DNA from: Narcine bancroftii
Lineage: Eukaryota
Length of the DNA: 64,000 nt
Reading direction: 5' to 3'
Assembly: GCF_036971445.1 (NCBI RefSeq)
Contig: NC_091474.1
Coordinates: 27,342,001-27,406,000 of the forward strand
The notes under the pieces were generated by a model. The model was not told the DNA's origin. It made no database searches and saw only the letters and a list, made by a program, of their open reading frames with translations. Of the stretch, positions 1-13,269 are shown piece by piece. Position 1 is the first letter of the stretch, and each line of letters starts with the position of its first letter. A program made the position numbers and the translations under genes.

Positions 1-479
1 ATCTTGACCTCCTATGTTCCTGTTGAGTTCCTCCAGTGTGTGTTTTACCACAATCACCTGCGGACTCAACTTGGTGTCGCCGATCTTCCGGGTTTGGGCG
101 TTTCCAGAAATTGAAATGAATCTGTGGAGTAATGCAGCAAATATAATTTAACAGGGGGAAAAACACAACACAGTCGTTAAGACGGGCATTTTTATTTTGA
201 TGTCCTTGGTATTTTTGTTGTATTTATTGTAATATAATTTTAACCTGGGCAAAGTGTTGCTTCAAACGGAATGAACCCCCAACATTCTCTATCCAAGCAG
301 TGAGCCACGTTACTCCAGATCATATCCGAGTCCATTAAAGTTGCTAAAATCTGGATGAGTCGGAGGGAGTGTTGGGGACCTCCGCAATCCTAATTGCTGG
401 CGTTAGAACTGGGCTCGGTCTCAATCCTCGAACGACAGAGGGATCCACCCCAACCAATCCCGAGCCCTGCCTCTCCGTA

Positions 480-604
480 CATTTCTTCCTGCTTCCTCCC
501 CGCACTCCCTTGGCGACCTGTTCACTGCGTTCCCTGTGCTTCCAGCCGGGGTTGGCGTCTCCGAGCGGACAGCGCACCGGTGATAGTTCCTGGGGCAGCC
601 TCTG
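480..604 (+). promoter_or_regulatory. Candidate promoter / non-coding first exon of the syntenin gene (start approximate)
   Basis: Locally CpG-rich segment (~350-700) with CTTCCTG/CTTCCT ETS-like motifs, ending in a strong donor CTG|GTGAGT (GT at 605). The ATG exon at 8422 opens with an acceptor, so an upstream non-coding exon is required. No transcript evidence. Confidence 0.45.
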
Positions 605-1799
605 GTGAGTAGAGGTTTCCTCCCTTCCATGGAAGTTTGGTTTGCTTTCCAATCGAGCTTCCTGGGGCTGGGGGTTGTCGAGTTCCCTTTGAGCGAATTT
701 CATTGCAGGTGACCATTACAAGCTGAACAAATAGGAACGAATCGTTACACTAGTTAATCGTTTAACATGTCTGTGGGACGCTTCGATCGACCTAATACAA
801 GGAAGGAATCTGTAACCTCGCTGGGATTCAAGTAGCTCAAAGTAATTATTTTGAATGATTCGTTTTTAAATTTGTATTTAGGTGTGCACTATTTACTGTT
901 TGAAGCCAATGAATAACAAAACTACACCATAGGCTCCTTGTTGGAGGTAACTTCAGTCCCCTTGCGGTTCCTCAATCTCTTACTAACTCTCAGCCTCCTC
1001 CGCCCAGGCTCTGAGCACCTTTCGACCCACCCCTTAAGCGAACACCATTCCTGCAAATTAGCAATAATCAGGTCCGTGTATTTCCATGTGGGCGTTTCTG
1101 GGTGCATGCTGACACAAACAATAATGTAAAGATTTTGAAAATCTTTTTTACGTCGGTGAATCCACCTGCAAAATCCATCTACCCGGGTGAGGCAATCAGT
1201 TTAGATTAAGGCCAAACTTCAAAATGTGTCCTGGCTGGCACTGTTTAACGGTACCTTTTTCTTAAGACTACTCTGCACTGGTTGCAATCCTACTCCTGCA
1301 CGACACCGTTCCCCGAGTCAAATATCAGTCATTATTGGTTCATGATTCAGCGTGATAACAGATAGAACAAAAAACATTTTTAAATGGGTACGTAAGTGAC
1401 CTGTGTAAGACGTTGAATAGTTTACCCTGATTCACCCTGACAAATGTGTTGAGAATTTCTGGTTTATTATATGCCACAGAACTGGGGAGATTATGAATTT
1501 ATGACATTAGGCAATGGATCAAAAGTCATTCCTGGAAATTGTAGATGTTTAGAAGAGCATACTTTTTTGAAGTTATTTTAATCTATTAAATGGTCTCCAT
1601 CGTGGTCAGCAATCTGATTAAAGTTTTTAACCTCACTATGGCAATGTTTTTAAAAGAAATCACCTCAGCCCCATAATGGATCATAGTGGAGAGAGATGAG
1701 AGTGTTCCGGAGCATTGCCGGAAGAGGGTTACATGTTGTGAAGTAAGAAGGCCTGAGCAACAAACAGCGACGTTAGAATGAGCAACTCCTCTCTGGGAA

Positions 1800-2255
1800 C
1801 CTCACAGTTGTGCAGCACTCTCTTTCAGTCAGATGGCTGTGGGCTTAAAATGACACTCCAGAGACTCCAACCTCATGGCCAATACTCCAGTATTAAAGAT
1901 GAACAGCTGTGTCAGCTGAAATATTTACACTGTCTATTTCTTTGGTGACTGTTTAAAGGAAAACAGGGGAGTTGCCCCTGGTGTTCTGGACTATATTTAT
2001 GCCACAACTGATGTCACCAAAAGAGATTAAAGAGCAACACAGATGGCAAAATCGTGAGTGAACAAAGAGCAGCAGGAGGGTCTCCGCAGGTCATGATTCA
2101 AGTTGGGATCCTTTGTTGAGAATTATCTGGCCAATATCATATTGCTCTTTATGGAATCTTGCTGAGTACGACTCCAATAATGACAACATTAAAAAACATA
2201 CTCGGGCTGGAAAATGCCACAGAATATGAATAGTGCTACAGAAATGCATGCTTTT
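1800..2255 (+). mobile_element. Decayed Deu-domain SINE (SacSINE1-like); related pieces near 17600-17740, 38340-38600, 47390-47625, 54230-54480
   Basis: ggggagtt.cccctggtgttctgg..tatatttat...attatctgg...attgct and a 3' end gctacagaaatgca resemble chondrichthyan DeuSINEs (recalled consensus). Confidence 0.55.
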
Positions 2256-4452
2256 CCTCCTTTTAAACTTGCTGTTGTCATTAATAATCAGGAAAATTCA
2301 AAGAGTTGTACAGCATGGAAACAGTCCTTTCAACCCATCAGATCCACACCCATCATCAAGCATCTATTTACTCTGGTCTTGCATTAATCCCATTTCATTC
2401 CACCCACATTCCCATCAACTCTATCTTACTCTGTTTGCTCGTCAGTACAATTTACAATAGCCAATTAACCTGCCATCCCAAAAAGATGAGGAACCTACCA
2501 TCCCCCATGCTTTTGGGATGAGGGAGGAAATGAGAGCACCCATGAGAAATATGTGCAGTTGCAGGGAGAACATACAAATGCCTTACCTTAGGTCAGCATC
2601 AAACCAGGGTTGCTGGAGCAGTCAGGCAGAGGCTGTACCAATGCACCGTTCCAGCTTTGTCCCTTAAGAAATGAGTAACATTCTCCACTGAAACGCTGAA
2701 AGCATTCAGAGATGACCCTGGTTACAGTATATAACAAGAAACGTCTCTCCATCTTAGGAACAGTGGCCACATTGGTCTTCCTAGATGCTCTGATTCAAGA
2801 TTCTTTATTGTCATGTATATAACTTAAAATGAAATATTACATGAAATTTCCTTTAGGCAAAGAGTCACCATTAGTATTGCCTGGCACCGCTTACACTAAG
2901 TTCGTGGTGAGCAATGATAATCATTTACATTAACCCCAACTTATTTTCTCCATGTTATCATCTACTTCCCCACAAATCCCAGCACTTACACTTAGGGCAA
3001 CTAATTATGTTGTCCTGAGTAAAATTGGCCCAAACCGTCTGAACTGACAGATTGAAGATTCATTTATTGTTATGCAATAGTTCTGAACATGTAATATTAC
3101 ATGAAATTGTCTTCTGCCTGCTGTAAGGCAGACAAAAAATTGTAGTTAGTGTTGCCCAGTGCCCATTACAGGACTAGAAAAAGAAGAAGAGTCCCAGGGA
3201 TTCACTTCCCACAGCCTCTGCAGCACACAGACTCCTGTTCGATCCACTGGCAACCCGAGCTCCAGATCCAAACCTCCGACAAAATGAGGAAGCCTTCAGT
3301 ACCCTAGGCCCTTCGGGTGCCTCTCTTGCCCTCAGCACCCTCGCGAATCCTGGTTCCAGTACTGTTCCCATGAGCCAGTCTCCAGCAGCCCACAACCTGT
3401 GTGGGTCCTTTGACCACGAGTCACCAGCTGCCTGCAGCCTGTATGGGTCCTTCAACATCAAGACACCACCAACCCGCAGCCTGTGTGGGTCCCCCACAAC
3501 CCAAAGCTGTGCTTGTAGGTTAATTTTCTATTCTAAGTTACCCAAATATTTATTATTTATCTAGTGTATATATTGCCTTAATTAGTTTACTAGTATTGTT
3601 TTTCTTTACATGCCTGTTTGGCTGGAGCAAATAAGTATTTTAGTACATATGTACATTGTACAGTGTGTATGACAATAAACTCATCAGTATTAACACGACC
3701 AAAGGCAGAGGGAGGTAAGTGAGACGTGGGATTGATGGGGTCATTCTGGGAGCAGACGTGGCTCAATGAACCAAATGGCCTCCTTTTACATTGAAAGAAA
3801 ATGGGATTCTCCAACAAAAAGGAAACCTCTTCCTCATGTATACTCGTTGGAGGGTGCAGGATACGTGTGAGTATCACCATGCCTAGGATGTTTACAGGGC
3901 CACTCTGTGCGGAGAGAACTGGAGTCACATGGTGTGAACAAACTGCTACGCAAGCAGGAAGGTGATTAAATGCATTTCAGATTTAATCACATCGACCTGT
4001 CATTTTCATGACTGAAGCAGGATCTCATTTCAATTGTTCTAAAGAGGAAATAACTGAAAAATCAAATTCCACAAAAATATTTGTGTTTGACCACAGTTAT
4101 GGTAGGAGAAAGTCCATGGGCCTGAACCAGTATTCACTCAGACTCATCTTTGACTCAAATCTATTTCCTCAGTCCTTGTTCTCAATAGTGAGAAGGGTAA
4201 TTAGGCTGGAGAATAATATTGATAAGATGATAAATTAGGCAGAGTAGCAGCAAATGGAATTTAACCTTGATCAATGGGAGGTGATGCATTTTGGTGGTCT
4301 AATAAGACCGAGGGAGTATTGAGGAACAGTGAACTTGGAGTACAAGTCCAGTGACCCCTAAGTGTGACAGCACAGGTTGGGATGAAGAAAGGATGTGGAA
4401 TGTTTGCCTTCATTTGCTGGAGACCCTGTATCTAGCTTCCCACACTCCATTG

Positions 4453-4492
4453 TAACCCTAACCCTAACCCTAACCCTAACCCTAACCCTAAC
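4453..4492. repeat. Interstitial telomeric repeat (TAACCC)6.7
   Basis: Perfect vertebrate telomere hexamers read directly from the sequence. Confidence 0.95.
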
Positions 4493-6389
4493 AGAAGGAA
4501 GTTGGACAGGCACTTGAATCTCAGATGTATAATAAGCCACAGATTGCTTTCTGGTAAATGGGAGTAGCATAGTTGATCAGCAGGGAAGTGCTGGGCTGAA
4601 AGGCCGGTTTCTGTACTCTGTGACTCTTTATAGTTAGGAACGGTTGCCACCCTTCCACCATCAGACTCCTAAACAACAAACTCAATCAGAGGCACATTTA
4701 AGGCCTCTTACTTTGCTCATCCTTTATTATTGAATATTTATTTTCTGTTTTCCACAGTTTTTTTTTACATTGCCGTCTGGTTTACATTTCTCTCTTTTGT
4801 ATACTATCTGTTTTTGAGTATAGTTTTCTTTTTGTGCATTACCAATAAGTATAAATTCTGCCTGGCCTGCAGGAAAAAGAATCTCAGGGTTGTATGTGAT
4901 GTCATGGATGTACACTGACAATGAATCGGAACTTTGAATTTTGAACTTAAGGACCCTCACAATAGTTCCATCTGTCTGCAGTTTGAAGAATAGGCACTTA
5001 CTAAAGCTCTGCTGAATTGCAAACAAGATGAATAATATTGTGGACAAATAACATTGTATGAATAAACATAAAACTTAGAAGGTGCATTGATGAAGAGCCC
5101 AGGCCCAAAACCTTTGCTTCCTATTGATGCTGCTTGACCTGTTGAATTTCTTCAGTACTTTTGCGTATTGTACTATATTCACAGCATCTGCAGACCTTCC
5201 TGTTTAACAACAAATTTAAATATATTTGTTTCTGGGAGGGAAAAAGCAAATGGCTTAAACAAAGATTTTAATGCAAATATTAGGAAAGAGATGTGTCTCC
5301 TGTATCAACTTTTATCTTACAGTGACAGGCTGGTAGTCTGCACTAACACCTCATGGGGAGTGGCGGGAGGGGGTGGGGTGGGTCTGCTTCACTCCGTCTC
5401 CCACCCAGGCTGGGGTAGTCACTGCCCCTAAATGTAGCCCCATCCAACAAGGCCCACCACCTAGATTGCTGGGTCATTGGTGGGACAGTCAAGTCGGCTA
5501 TCCTGCACCTAACCTCTCCTACAGGTATCTCTGCAGATAATTGGCTGTGCCCACCACATTTTACCCATGCTTCAAGGATTGCTGACCCCTGACCAATGTG
5601 CATTATGTATACGAGTAACACATGAAAGTCTGCACACCCCGTGTTGAAGTAAAAACACAGTGCTGAATTCAAACAATGTACTTTATATAACAAAGATAAA
5701 GAACTTGATGAAGGACTCAAGCCTGAAATGTTGGTTATGTGTTTTTATCTTTACCCCTTTTTCCAATGGCATCCTGTGCCAGGAATTAATTAGGAATTTA
5801 CTGGGACAGGGTCCAGTGGAAAAGGAACACTGTCCGAACGCCGGCGTCAAATTATGTCATTTCACGCCGGGGATTAACCACCTCTACCTCTACTCATATC
5901 CCCGGCATGCTGATAAAACCAGTGGAAGGTAGAACACTCCAATCCCTGGGGATGAGTTGTGTTCAGTGGAAAAGCAATTAATGTTCCAGTTAAGGGTGGC
6001 CCAGAGGAAACGGCACAAAGGGCTTCCTATCCTGGGACACTGCACAGCCAATTAACTGGGAGGCCAGTGGAAAAGGGGCTTCTGCTACATAACATCTTGC
6101 TCATACCTTGCTCAAGCCTGAAACATCTTTGTCATTGCTATATTCACTGTTTGACCTGCTGAGTTTCTCCAGCATTGTGTTTTTACCCATTTTGTATGCC
6201 ACAGCTGACTTTGCAATGTTCCTCCCTCCTGTTCTGAACTGGGGTCTAAAAGATGGAGTGAGGAAAAATCGGCTCGGCAATGACAGCCAGACCAAAACAA
6301 TAGTAGCTTAGAGGGGGTCCAAACATCTAGTTATTTTAAGACCCAATTCTGTTCTATTTCTCCATCCAATAGAACATTTTATGATCCAA

Positions 6390-6900
6390 GAGAATCAGAA
6401 TTTATTGTCACAAATGTGTATCACGAACTTTGTTATTTTTCAGCAGTAATATTGTGCATTACAGGTGCAAAATTTGCTCTAAATTACATTTCCATAAATA
6501 AACTATTTAAAATAAACAAATTAGTGCAAAAGAAGAGAAAAAAAATGAGGTCATGTCTATGGTTCATTGTCCGTTCAGAAATCTGATGGCAGAGGGGAAG
6601 AAGCTGTTTTTGTATCATTGGGTGTTTGTCTTCATCCTCCTGTACCTCCTTCCTGATGGTAGTGGTGTGACCTGGGTAGTGAGGGTCTTGATGATGGAGG
6701 ATGCTTTCTTGAGCCACCACCTCTTAAATATGTCCTTAAGACTAATGCCTTCACTGACCAAGTTTATAATCCTCTGTACCCTGTCCCTGTCCTGTGCTTT
6801 GGCACCCCCATACCAGACAGTGATGCCACCAGTCAGAATGCTCTCCATGGTACATCTGTAGAAATTTGCAAGTATCAAATCTCCCCAAACTCCTAGTGGA
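6390..6900 (-). mobile_element. Rex1/Babar-type LINE 3' fragment; other copies ~4640-4945, 9365-10320, 21240-21720, 49200-49830
   Basis: ORF remnants NFYRCTMESILTGGITVWYG, LKKASSIIK, LPSGRRYR, with a tgacaataaa 3' tail. Confidence 0.75.
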
Positions 6901-8434
6901 ATATAGTAATTCCATCCACTGTGCCTGTGCTGGTTGAGAAAGAGCTTCCCTGTGTAATCCCTCCATCCTGCACTGAGTCAAGGACACAAGAAAATAGGTC
7001 ACTTGGCCCCTCAAGCTTACTCTGCCATTCAATGTAATCGTGGCAGATCCATCCCAGGCCTCAACTCCCTCTCTTCCAATTCCCTGACCTTTCAAAAAAT
7101 GTATCCTCCTCACTTTGTGCACTTCTAATGGATCTCTCCTCCACGAACCTCAGACAGAGAATTCCAAAGATTCACCACCCTCTGAAAGAAAGTTCAATGT
7201 GATTTAAAAAAATATATATATTATGACTAGGAAATGGGTACTTATTTTATCTGGAAGGCATGTACACCCCAATTAATCTCACCTCTGGTGCCTCTGTTCC
7301 AAAGACAAAAACCCCTGCTTATTTATTCCAAGAAAAAGAGTTTATATGTACCCATTGTGTCAAATGCTTTTACAATGTTTAAAAATTTTAATCAAGATAT
7401 CCTATATTATCAAAAGTGAAAGGAATGTGCCCAGATTTATGTTATGTGATCTCATCATTTGACTTTGCCAATTTTGTTTGAATAATCACTGCCTCCTTCT
7501 GTATCAGAACAATTGCCATTTCCACTGAGTTATGGGTACCTACAGCCAATTCTGAGGTGTTAATCTGACCCCCAGGGTAGAATTTTTTCTCATCGCCTGA
7601 GCATTAAGCTTCACCTATGTGAACTGAGGAGAAGGGTTGGGTAGGAGAGTCAGGTGAGCATAAAATAAATATTTTGTGTTCTTGTATTGAGGGGTTGAAG
7701 ATGATATCCCTACCCCCTCTCCCTTGTCCCCACTCTTGTTTCCTCTACTTCTGCATCTTCCCACCACCATCAACTGACCCCCACCACCACCAACTGACCC
7801 CCCCCCCCCACCAATCCTCCACCTCTCTCCCCCTGCAGTAATTTGGCTTTTGTCCTGCTACAAACATCTGACCAGTTCTCTCTGTGCAACCGCAGGGCTT
7901 TTTTAAATGTAGACATACATCATGGAAACAAGGCTTTTCCAACTCACAAGCCACCAATGAACCTAGAACCCCTGTGAAACATGATGAAAGCTCTGTTATG
8001 TAAGATTTCACTACAAAAATATTTTTTTCAATCACCGAAAAGGATCGGGCAGATAATGGGGAGAGGGGAAGTGCCACAATTTTTGTTCAGCTGTGATCAT
8101 GGAGTTGAAGTGGACTTTATTTCTCACTCACCTGCACTGAGATAGGGGTTCCGTGTGAGCTCCCCCAGCCCCGTTTGCACCTCCCCATTCTTGGGCGTGG
8201 TTGGCCTATTCCATCCGGTCCAGGCAGCAGCAGGTGTGCAGAGGGAAGTGGTGAGTTGAGGTCGGGTCACCATGGACGTTTAGCCCCTGTAATGTTACCT
8301 ACCACGGGGCCCACCAGGCACAAGAAAGAATTAGTGTCAAAGGGCTCATTCACAAAATTGTACAACTAAAAAAAATTTAGATACAGATCTGTAACTTATG
8401 ATTGTCTATTTCTTTGTACAGGTTGAACTAAAAG

Positions 8435-8485
8435 ATGTCTCTGTATCCGTCACTGGAGGATATTGAGGTCTCCAAAGTAATTCAG
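8435..8485 (+). CDS. SDCBP2: Syntenin-2 coding exon 1 (MSLYPSLEDIEVSKVIQ); exon starts at 8422
   Basis: Acceptor tttgtacAG ends at 8421, ATG at 8435, donor GTCAGT at 8486. The 51 coding nt match the syntenin N-terminus MSLYPSLED. Confidence 0.93.
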
Positions 8486-11000
8486 GTCAGTTCAAATAAA
8501 CTTTGCAGTGTTTTTAGGTTAACACCACCTTTTCAAGAAAATTCCTTTAATGAATAATTCATTAAAATGATTGAATGAAAGAATGTGTTTATTTCTTGAC
8601 TGGTTCTGGATTAAATAACACTTTGTCTGTTGCAAGATGATCTTTGGCACAGAATATGTAATTTAAAAAAAATTATCGATCACACATGATAAGAGCAAGA
8701 CAAATGAAGCCTTGGAAAGCAGATTGATTATGTAATTTAGAGACACAAATCCAAATGATAACCTTAACAATGAAGTGGAACATTGAGGAGAGGCAACGAT
8801 GGGGAAAATCAAACAGACAGTGAAGGCAGCTGAAGTCAAATGTCATCTGAAAGAAGAGATGAAGGGTGCCAGCCCAAAATGTTGACTGACTATTTCTACC
8901 CATGGATGATGCCTGACGCACTGAATTCCTCCAGCTTCTCTTTGTCTACAAAGGAAAATCAAGATTTCATATAGATTGGGTTGAGGGCCCCCAGTAATTG
9001 ATGGGTGAACTGCAAGGTGTTAACAAAGAGACATTGGTCCTAGTGGAAGGCAGTTAGCAGCAGTGTTGAAACTGGTTCATCAGTAACTGAAATGAGGCAC
9101 ATTGTGACAAAAATCTGAATGAAGAGACACTTGAGGAAAAATGCTAGGGAAAGTTTTGCATCATTGTTTAGGTGATTGAATCTGAAATGTTAATAGATAA
9201 TGCAAAAAGATGTGGGTAATATGATTAAATATTTTCATAGGTAAGAATATAGAAGAAAAGATAGTTGGAGTTGAGATGTTTAACAATTTCAGGCCTGTTT
9301 GGCTTTCATTAATCATGATTGATCTTGTATTTCAAACACTTTCCCATTTAAACCTTTTCAGAATCACATCCCAAATTTATTGTCATGAACGTGTCACAAA
9401 ATTCATTATTTTGCGGCAGCGTTACTGATGCAAATAGTATATTTTTTTAAATAAATGATTTAGTGCAAAAAGAAGAGAAAGTGAGGTAGTTTTTGTGCTT
9501 CCTTGTCCATTCAGAAATGTGATGGCGGAGGGTTTTTGTGCCAATGGTTGTTTGTTCTTCAGGCTCCTGTATCAACTTCCTGATGGCAGCAGTGAGAAGA
9601 GACATTGAGTGGCTGGTGAGAATTCTTGAGGCTGCTTTCTTGAGACATCGCCTCTTATAGACAATTGTAGGAGGGAAGACTGATGACCATGATCGCACTG
9701 GCTGAGTTCATAATTCTTTGTAGTCTTGTCCTGTCCTGTGCATTGGTGCCTCCGCACCAGACAGTGAGGCAACTATAATACACCTGTAGAAATCTGTGAC
9801 ATACCAAATCTTCTCAAGCAACTAACGAAGTCTAGCCACTGGCGAGCCTTCTTCATGATTGAATTGACATAAATGCCCCAGGACATTGACACCCAGGAAT
9901 TTGAAGTTCTTACTCTTTCCATTGGTGACCCTTTGATGAGGACTGGTTCATATTCTCCTGATTTCCCCCTTCTGAAGTTTACAACCAGTACCTAGGTTTT
10001 GCTGACCTTGAGTGCAAGGTTGAAGCAACTCATCTGGCTGATCTATCTTACTCCTGTACATTTCCTCATTGCCATCTGTATTTCTGCCGACAACTGTGAC
10101 GACATTGGGAAATTTATAGATGGCATTTGAATCTTGCCTTGCCACATAGTCAAGGGTGTAGAATGAGTAGAGCAGTGGGCTAAGCCCACATCTTTGAGGT
10201 GCGTGGTGTTGATCGTTAGTGAGGAGGAGACATTGTTTCCGACTTGCACTGAGTGTGGTTTTTCATTGAGGAAGTCAAGGATCTAGTTGCAGAGTGAGGT
10301 GAAGAGACCCAGATTTTGAAGCCTATCAACTTTCTGGTTCCCTCAGTCAATAAGAAAGCAGCTACAGCCCTCTAAAAATGAAATGTTCCTGCAGGTCAGT
10401 GTGTTTCTAGACACTCCAATCCGAAAACAGCTTTGTGGATACTAGAATGGAAGCTAGGGTAGAAGGGCAAATGAACGGAAGGGTCAAACAGCACTACCAT
10501 TAACTGTTGACACCAATGTTTGGTGTAAAATAACAGGAGGTGAGAAAAGGCAAGACCTGCAACCCTGGTATGTTTTTGAAGGGTGGGAGGAAACCCACAC
10601 AGACATGGGGAGAACGTACAAACTATTTGCAGGCAGCACCGGATTCGAATCTGAGTTGCTGGCACTGTTACAGAGTTGTGCAAACCGCTATGCAATGTGC
10701 CGCCCCTATAATGTGGAGAAGAGACAGTAAATGGCTAATCTGATAATGAAGGCTAAATCGCTGTCTTTAAAAATAAATAAATAAACAGAGCTATGTTTAC
10801 ACTTAAATTCAAGGCAAGGGTCTTAAAAACAAAATGGAAACCATAACAAGGCAATTTTTCTTTTAAATTAAAATTGATTTGGGAATGATTTGAGGAGGAT
10901 TTAACTCCAATTTGTGCATCTGATTGATATATATTGATGCCAACCTACATCAGGACTGTAGGTAATTATACCTACAGGAATAACTTCTGCTTTTCCTCAG

Positions 11001-11064
11001 GCTCAGTCCACCATTGCAGCCAACCAGGCCTTGCCGGCTGTTGAAACCATGGATGCTGAAAACA
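11001..11064 (+). CDS. SDCBP2: Syntenin-2 coding exon 2 (AQSTIAANQALPAVETMDAEN)
   Basis: Acceptor ttttcctcAG, donor GTGAGT, 64 nt, phase 0 to 1. Begins with AQ as the equivalent syntenin exon does. Confidence 0.85.
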
Positions 11065-12080
11065 GTGAGTGACGTCTACATGTTGTCTTCCCCATTCATC
11101 AGGGTTAAGTTTCAGGGGGGTAAATTTAGGACAAAGATGAGGAAGAACTGCTTTTTCCAGAGGGTGGTGAATCTGTGGAATTTGCTGCCCATTAAAGCAG
11201 TGGAGATGACCTGTAAATATATTTAAGACAAGGTTGGATAGATTTCTATGTGGTAAAGGAATTAAGGGATGTGGAGATGAGCCTATCATCAGATCAGCCA
11301 TGAATGATGTAGCAGGCTCGACGGACCTGGACATCCGACTCCTGCTCCTATTTCTTATGTTCTTGCGTTTCTAATTCAAGAGCCAGTCACTGGTTTGTTC
11401 TCCGTGTCTGCAGCTTCACCAGGAACTTACCTGCACCCTCTCTCTGGAACTCCTCTGGCCCCTCAGCCCTCTGCATGGACCACAGACCCAGTCCTCAGTG
11501 TAGATATCATGTTCTGCAGAATTTTGGGAGTTCTGAGGAAATGCTGCAGCCACTCCCTTGGCTGTGTGTTCTGAGTCAGGGCAGAGGATAACTGGGGAGG
11601 AATGAGCCAGCCATACCTTTCCTTAACGCTCTGGTCTGCCATGGTTTGGGCCTGAGAGATCAGGGAAATTAATCTATCTTCACTTTCCCTTTTGTACATC
11701 ACTAATCAGGTGGGAATTAGATTAGGAACAAAAATCTGCAGGTGCAGGGAATCTGGAACGTGAACAGAAAATGCTGGAAGTACTCAACAGGACCAGTAGA
11801 GAGAGAAGGGATTACTTGGGATGGCCTTAAAGAGGGACTGCTTCCAGAGGGGATTTGTTGTGCGGTACATCAGAAGGGATGCTGGTGTGACTTGGACTGC
11901 TGTGGGAGGACAATGTCCTGAGAGGAAAACAGTGATGAGAAAAGTCCATGGAAGCTGGGGTATTCCAAAGAAGAGGGGTAGAACCAGGGGATTTGGGGCA
12001 TTTAACTGAGGGGCCCACATAGGTCTTTTCAATAGTAGTGGGATCATCAACAAAAGGTTTGCTTTCGATAGACAACTTCA

Positions 12081-12629
12081 AGCTGAACAGAAATAATTTC
12101 AGATGTGTTGTATCTCGTAGGAAGTTGGAGAAAAATTAACTTTTATTGAATTTATCATGTTTAATCACATAATGATGCTGACACATTGCGTTAGTTCAAC
12201 TGACCAAAAATGTTTTGCCGCTGATTTCCGTTTGGAATCAGCTTCTGATGCCTTTCATGTCAGTGTCCATCAATAGTCGGGCAGCATTAATGGATTCCAA
12301 TTGCCCTGACACCGCTTTTCCATGGTCGCAATGTCCTGGTGAAACCTTTCACCATGTTCGTCACTGACTGCACCAAGATCAGCAGGGAAGACGTCCAAGT
12401 GCGAATGCAGAAAATTAATTTTAATGACATGTTGCACTTGGTTTTGTATGCTTGAAGCAGACTTAAAATAATGACAGGAAATCACAAAAATAGGTTATAT
12501 CTAAAAATAGGTTATAGCTAAAAATGGAACGTGATAGAAAAATGTTAAGGTGATTTTTATGATCAGTAACCCAAAATCCATAAAATACACCCAGAAGTGT
12601 TCAGGAAGCAAAATATTTGTCGTCCAGTG
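12081..12629 (-). mobile_element. Non-autonomous DNA transposon with a transposase C-terminal remnant (Chapaev3-like, CMC superfamily)
   Basis: ORF 12270..12485 contains FLHSHLDVFPADLGAVSDEHGERFHQDIATMEKR.QG; CACTG-like terminus at 12629; second copy at 29461-31687. Family name is from recall. Confidence 0.6.
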
Positions 12630-13269
12630 TCCTTAAAGCAATTGGTAAGAGGATTTGAGGGTAGCTGAAGAAATATCCTCTATCCAGAGTGTGGATGGGT
12701 TCTGGAATCTGCTACAAGAGACCATAAAACCATGAGATATAGGAGCAGAAGTAGGCCATTTGGCCCATTGAGCCTGCTCCGCCATTCCATTATAAGCTGA
12801 TCCATTCTCCCACTCACTCCCTTCCCTTCTCCCCATAACCTTTGATTTTCTGACATTCAGATACCTATCAATCTCTGCCATAAATACATCTAACAACTTG
12901 GCCTCCACAGTGGCCTGGGGCAGAAAATTCCAGAGGTTTGCCACTCTCTGGCAAAATAAATTTCTCCCCTCTCTGTTTTAAATGGGTGCCCTTCAATCCT
13001 GAAGTTGTGCCTTCTTGACCTAGACTCCTCTACCATGAGAAACAACTTTGCTACGTCTACGTCCAGGCCTCTCAACATTAGAAATGAGAGGGCAGGTAAT
13101 GCAGAAACTCAGCATGCGGATGTGAGCTACAGGGTGAGGGACCATTGGTTGAAAGGTGGGATGAGGCCGGGCGGTTCTCCTTCATTTGGAATGAAGGTGA
13201 TGGGTTGAATAACTTCCTTCTGGTAGGTTCTCCACTATGCTTGGAGGAGTTGTGGGTGGAGCTGAAGTT

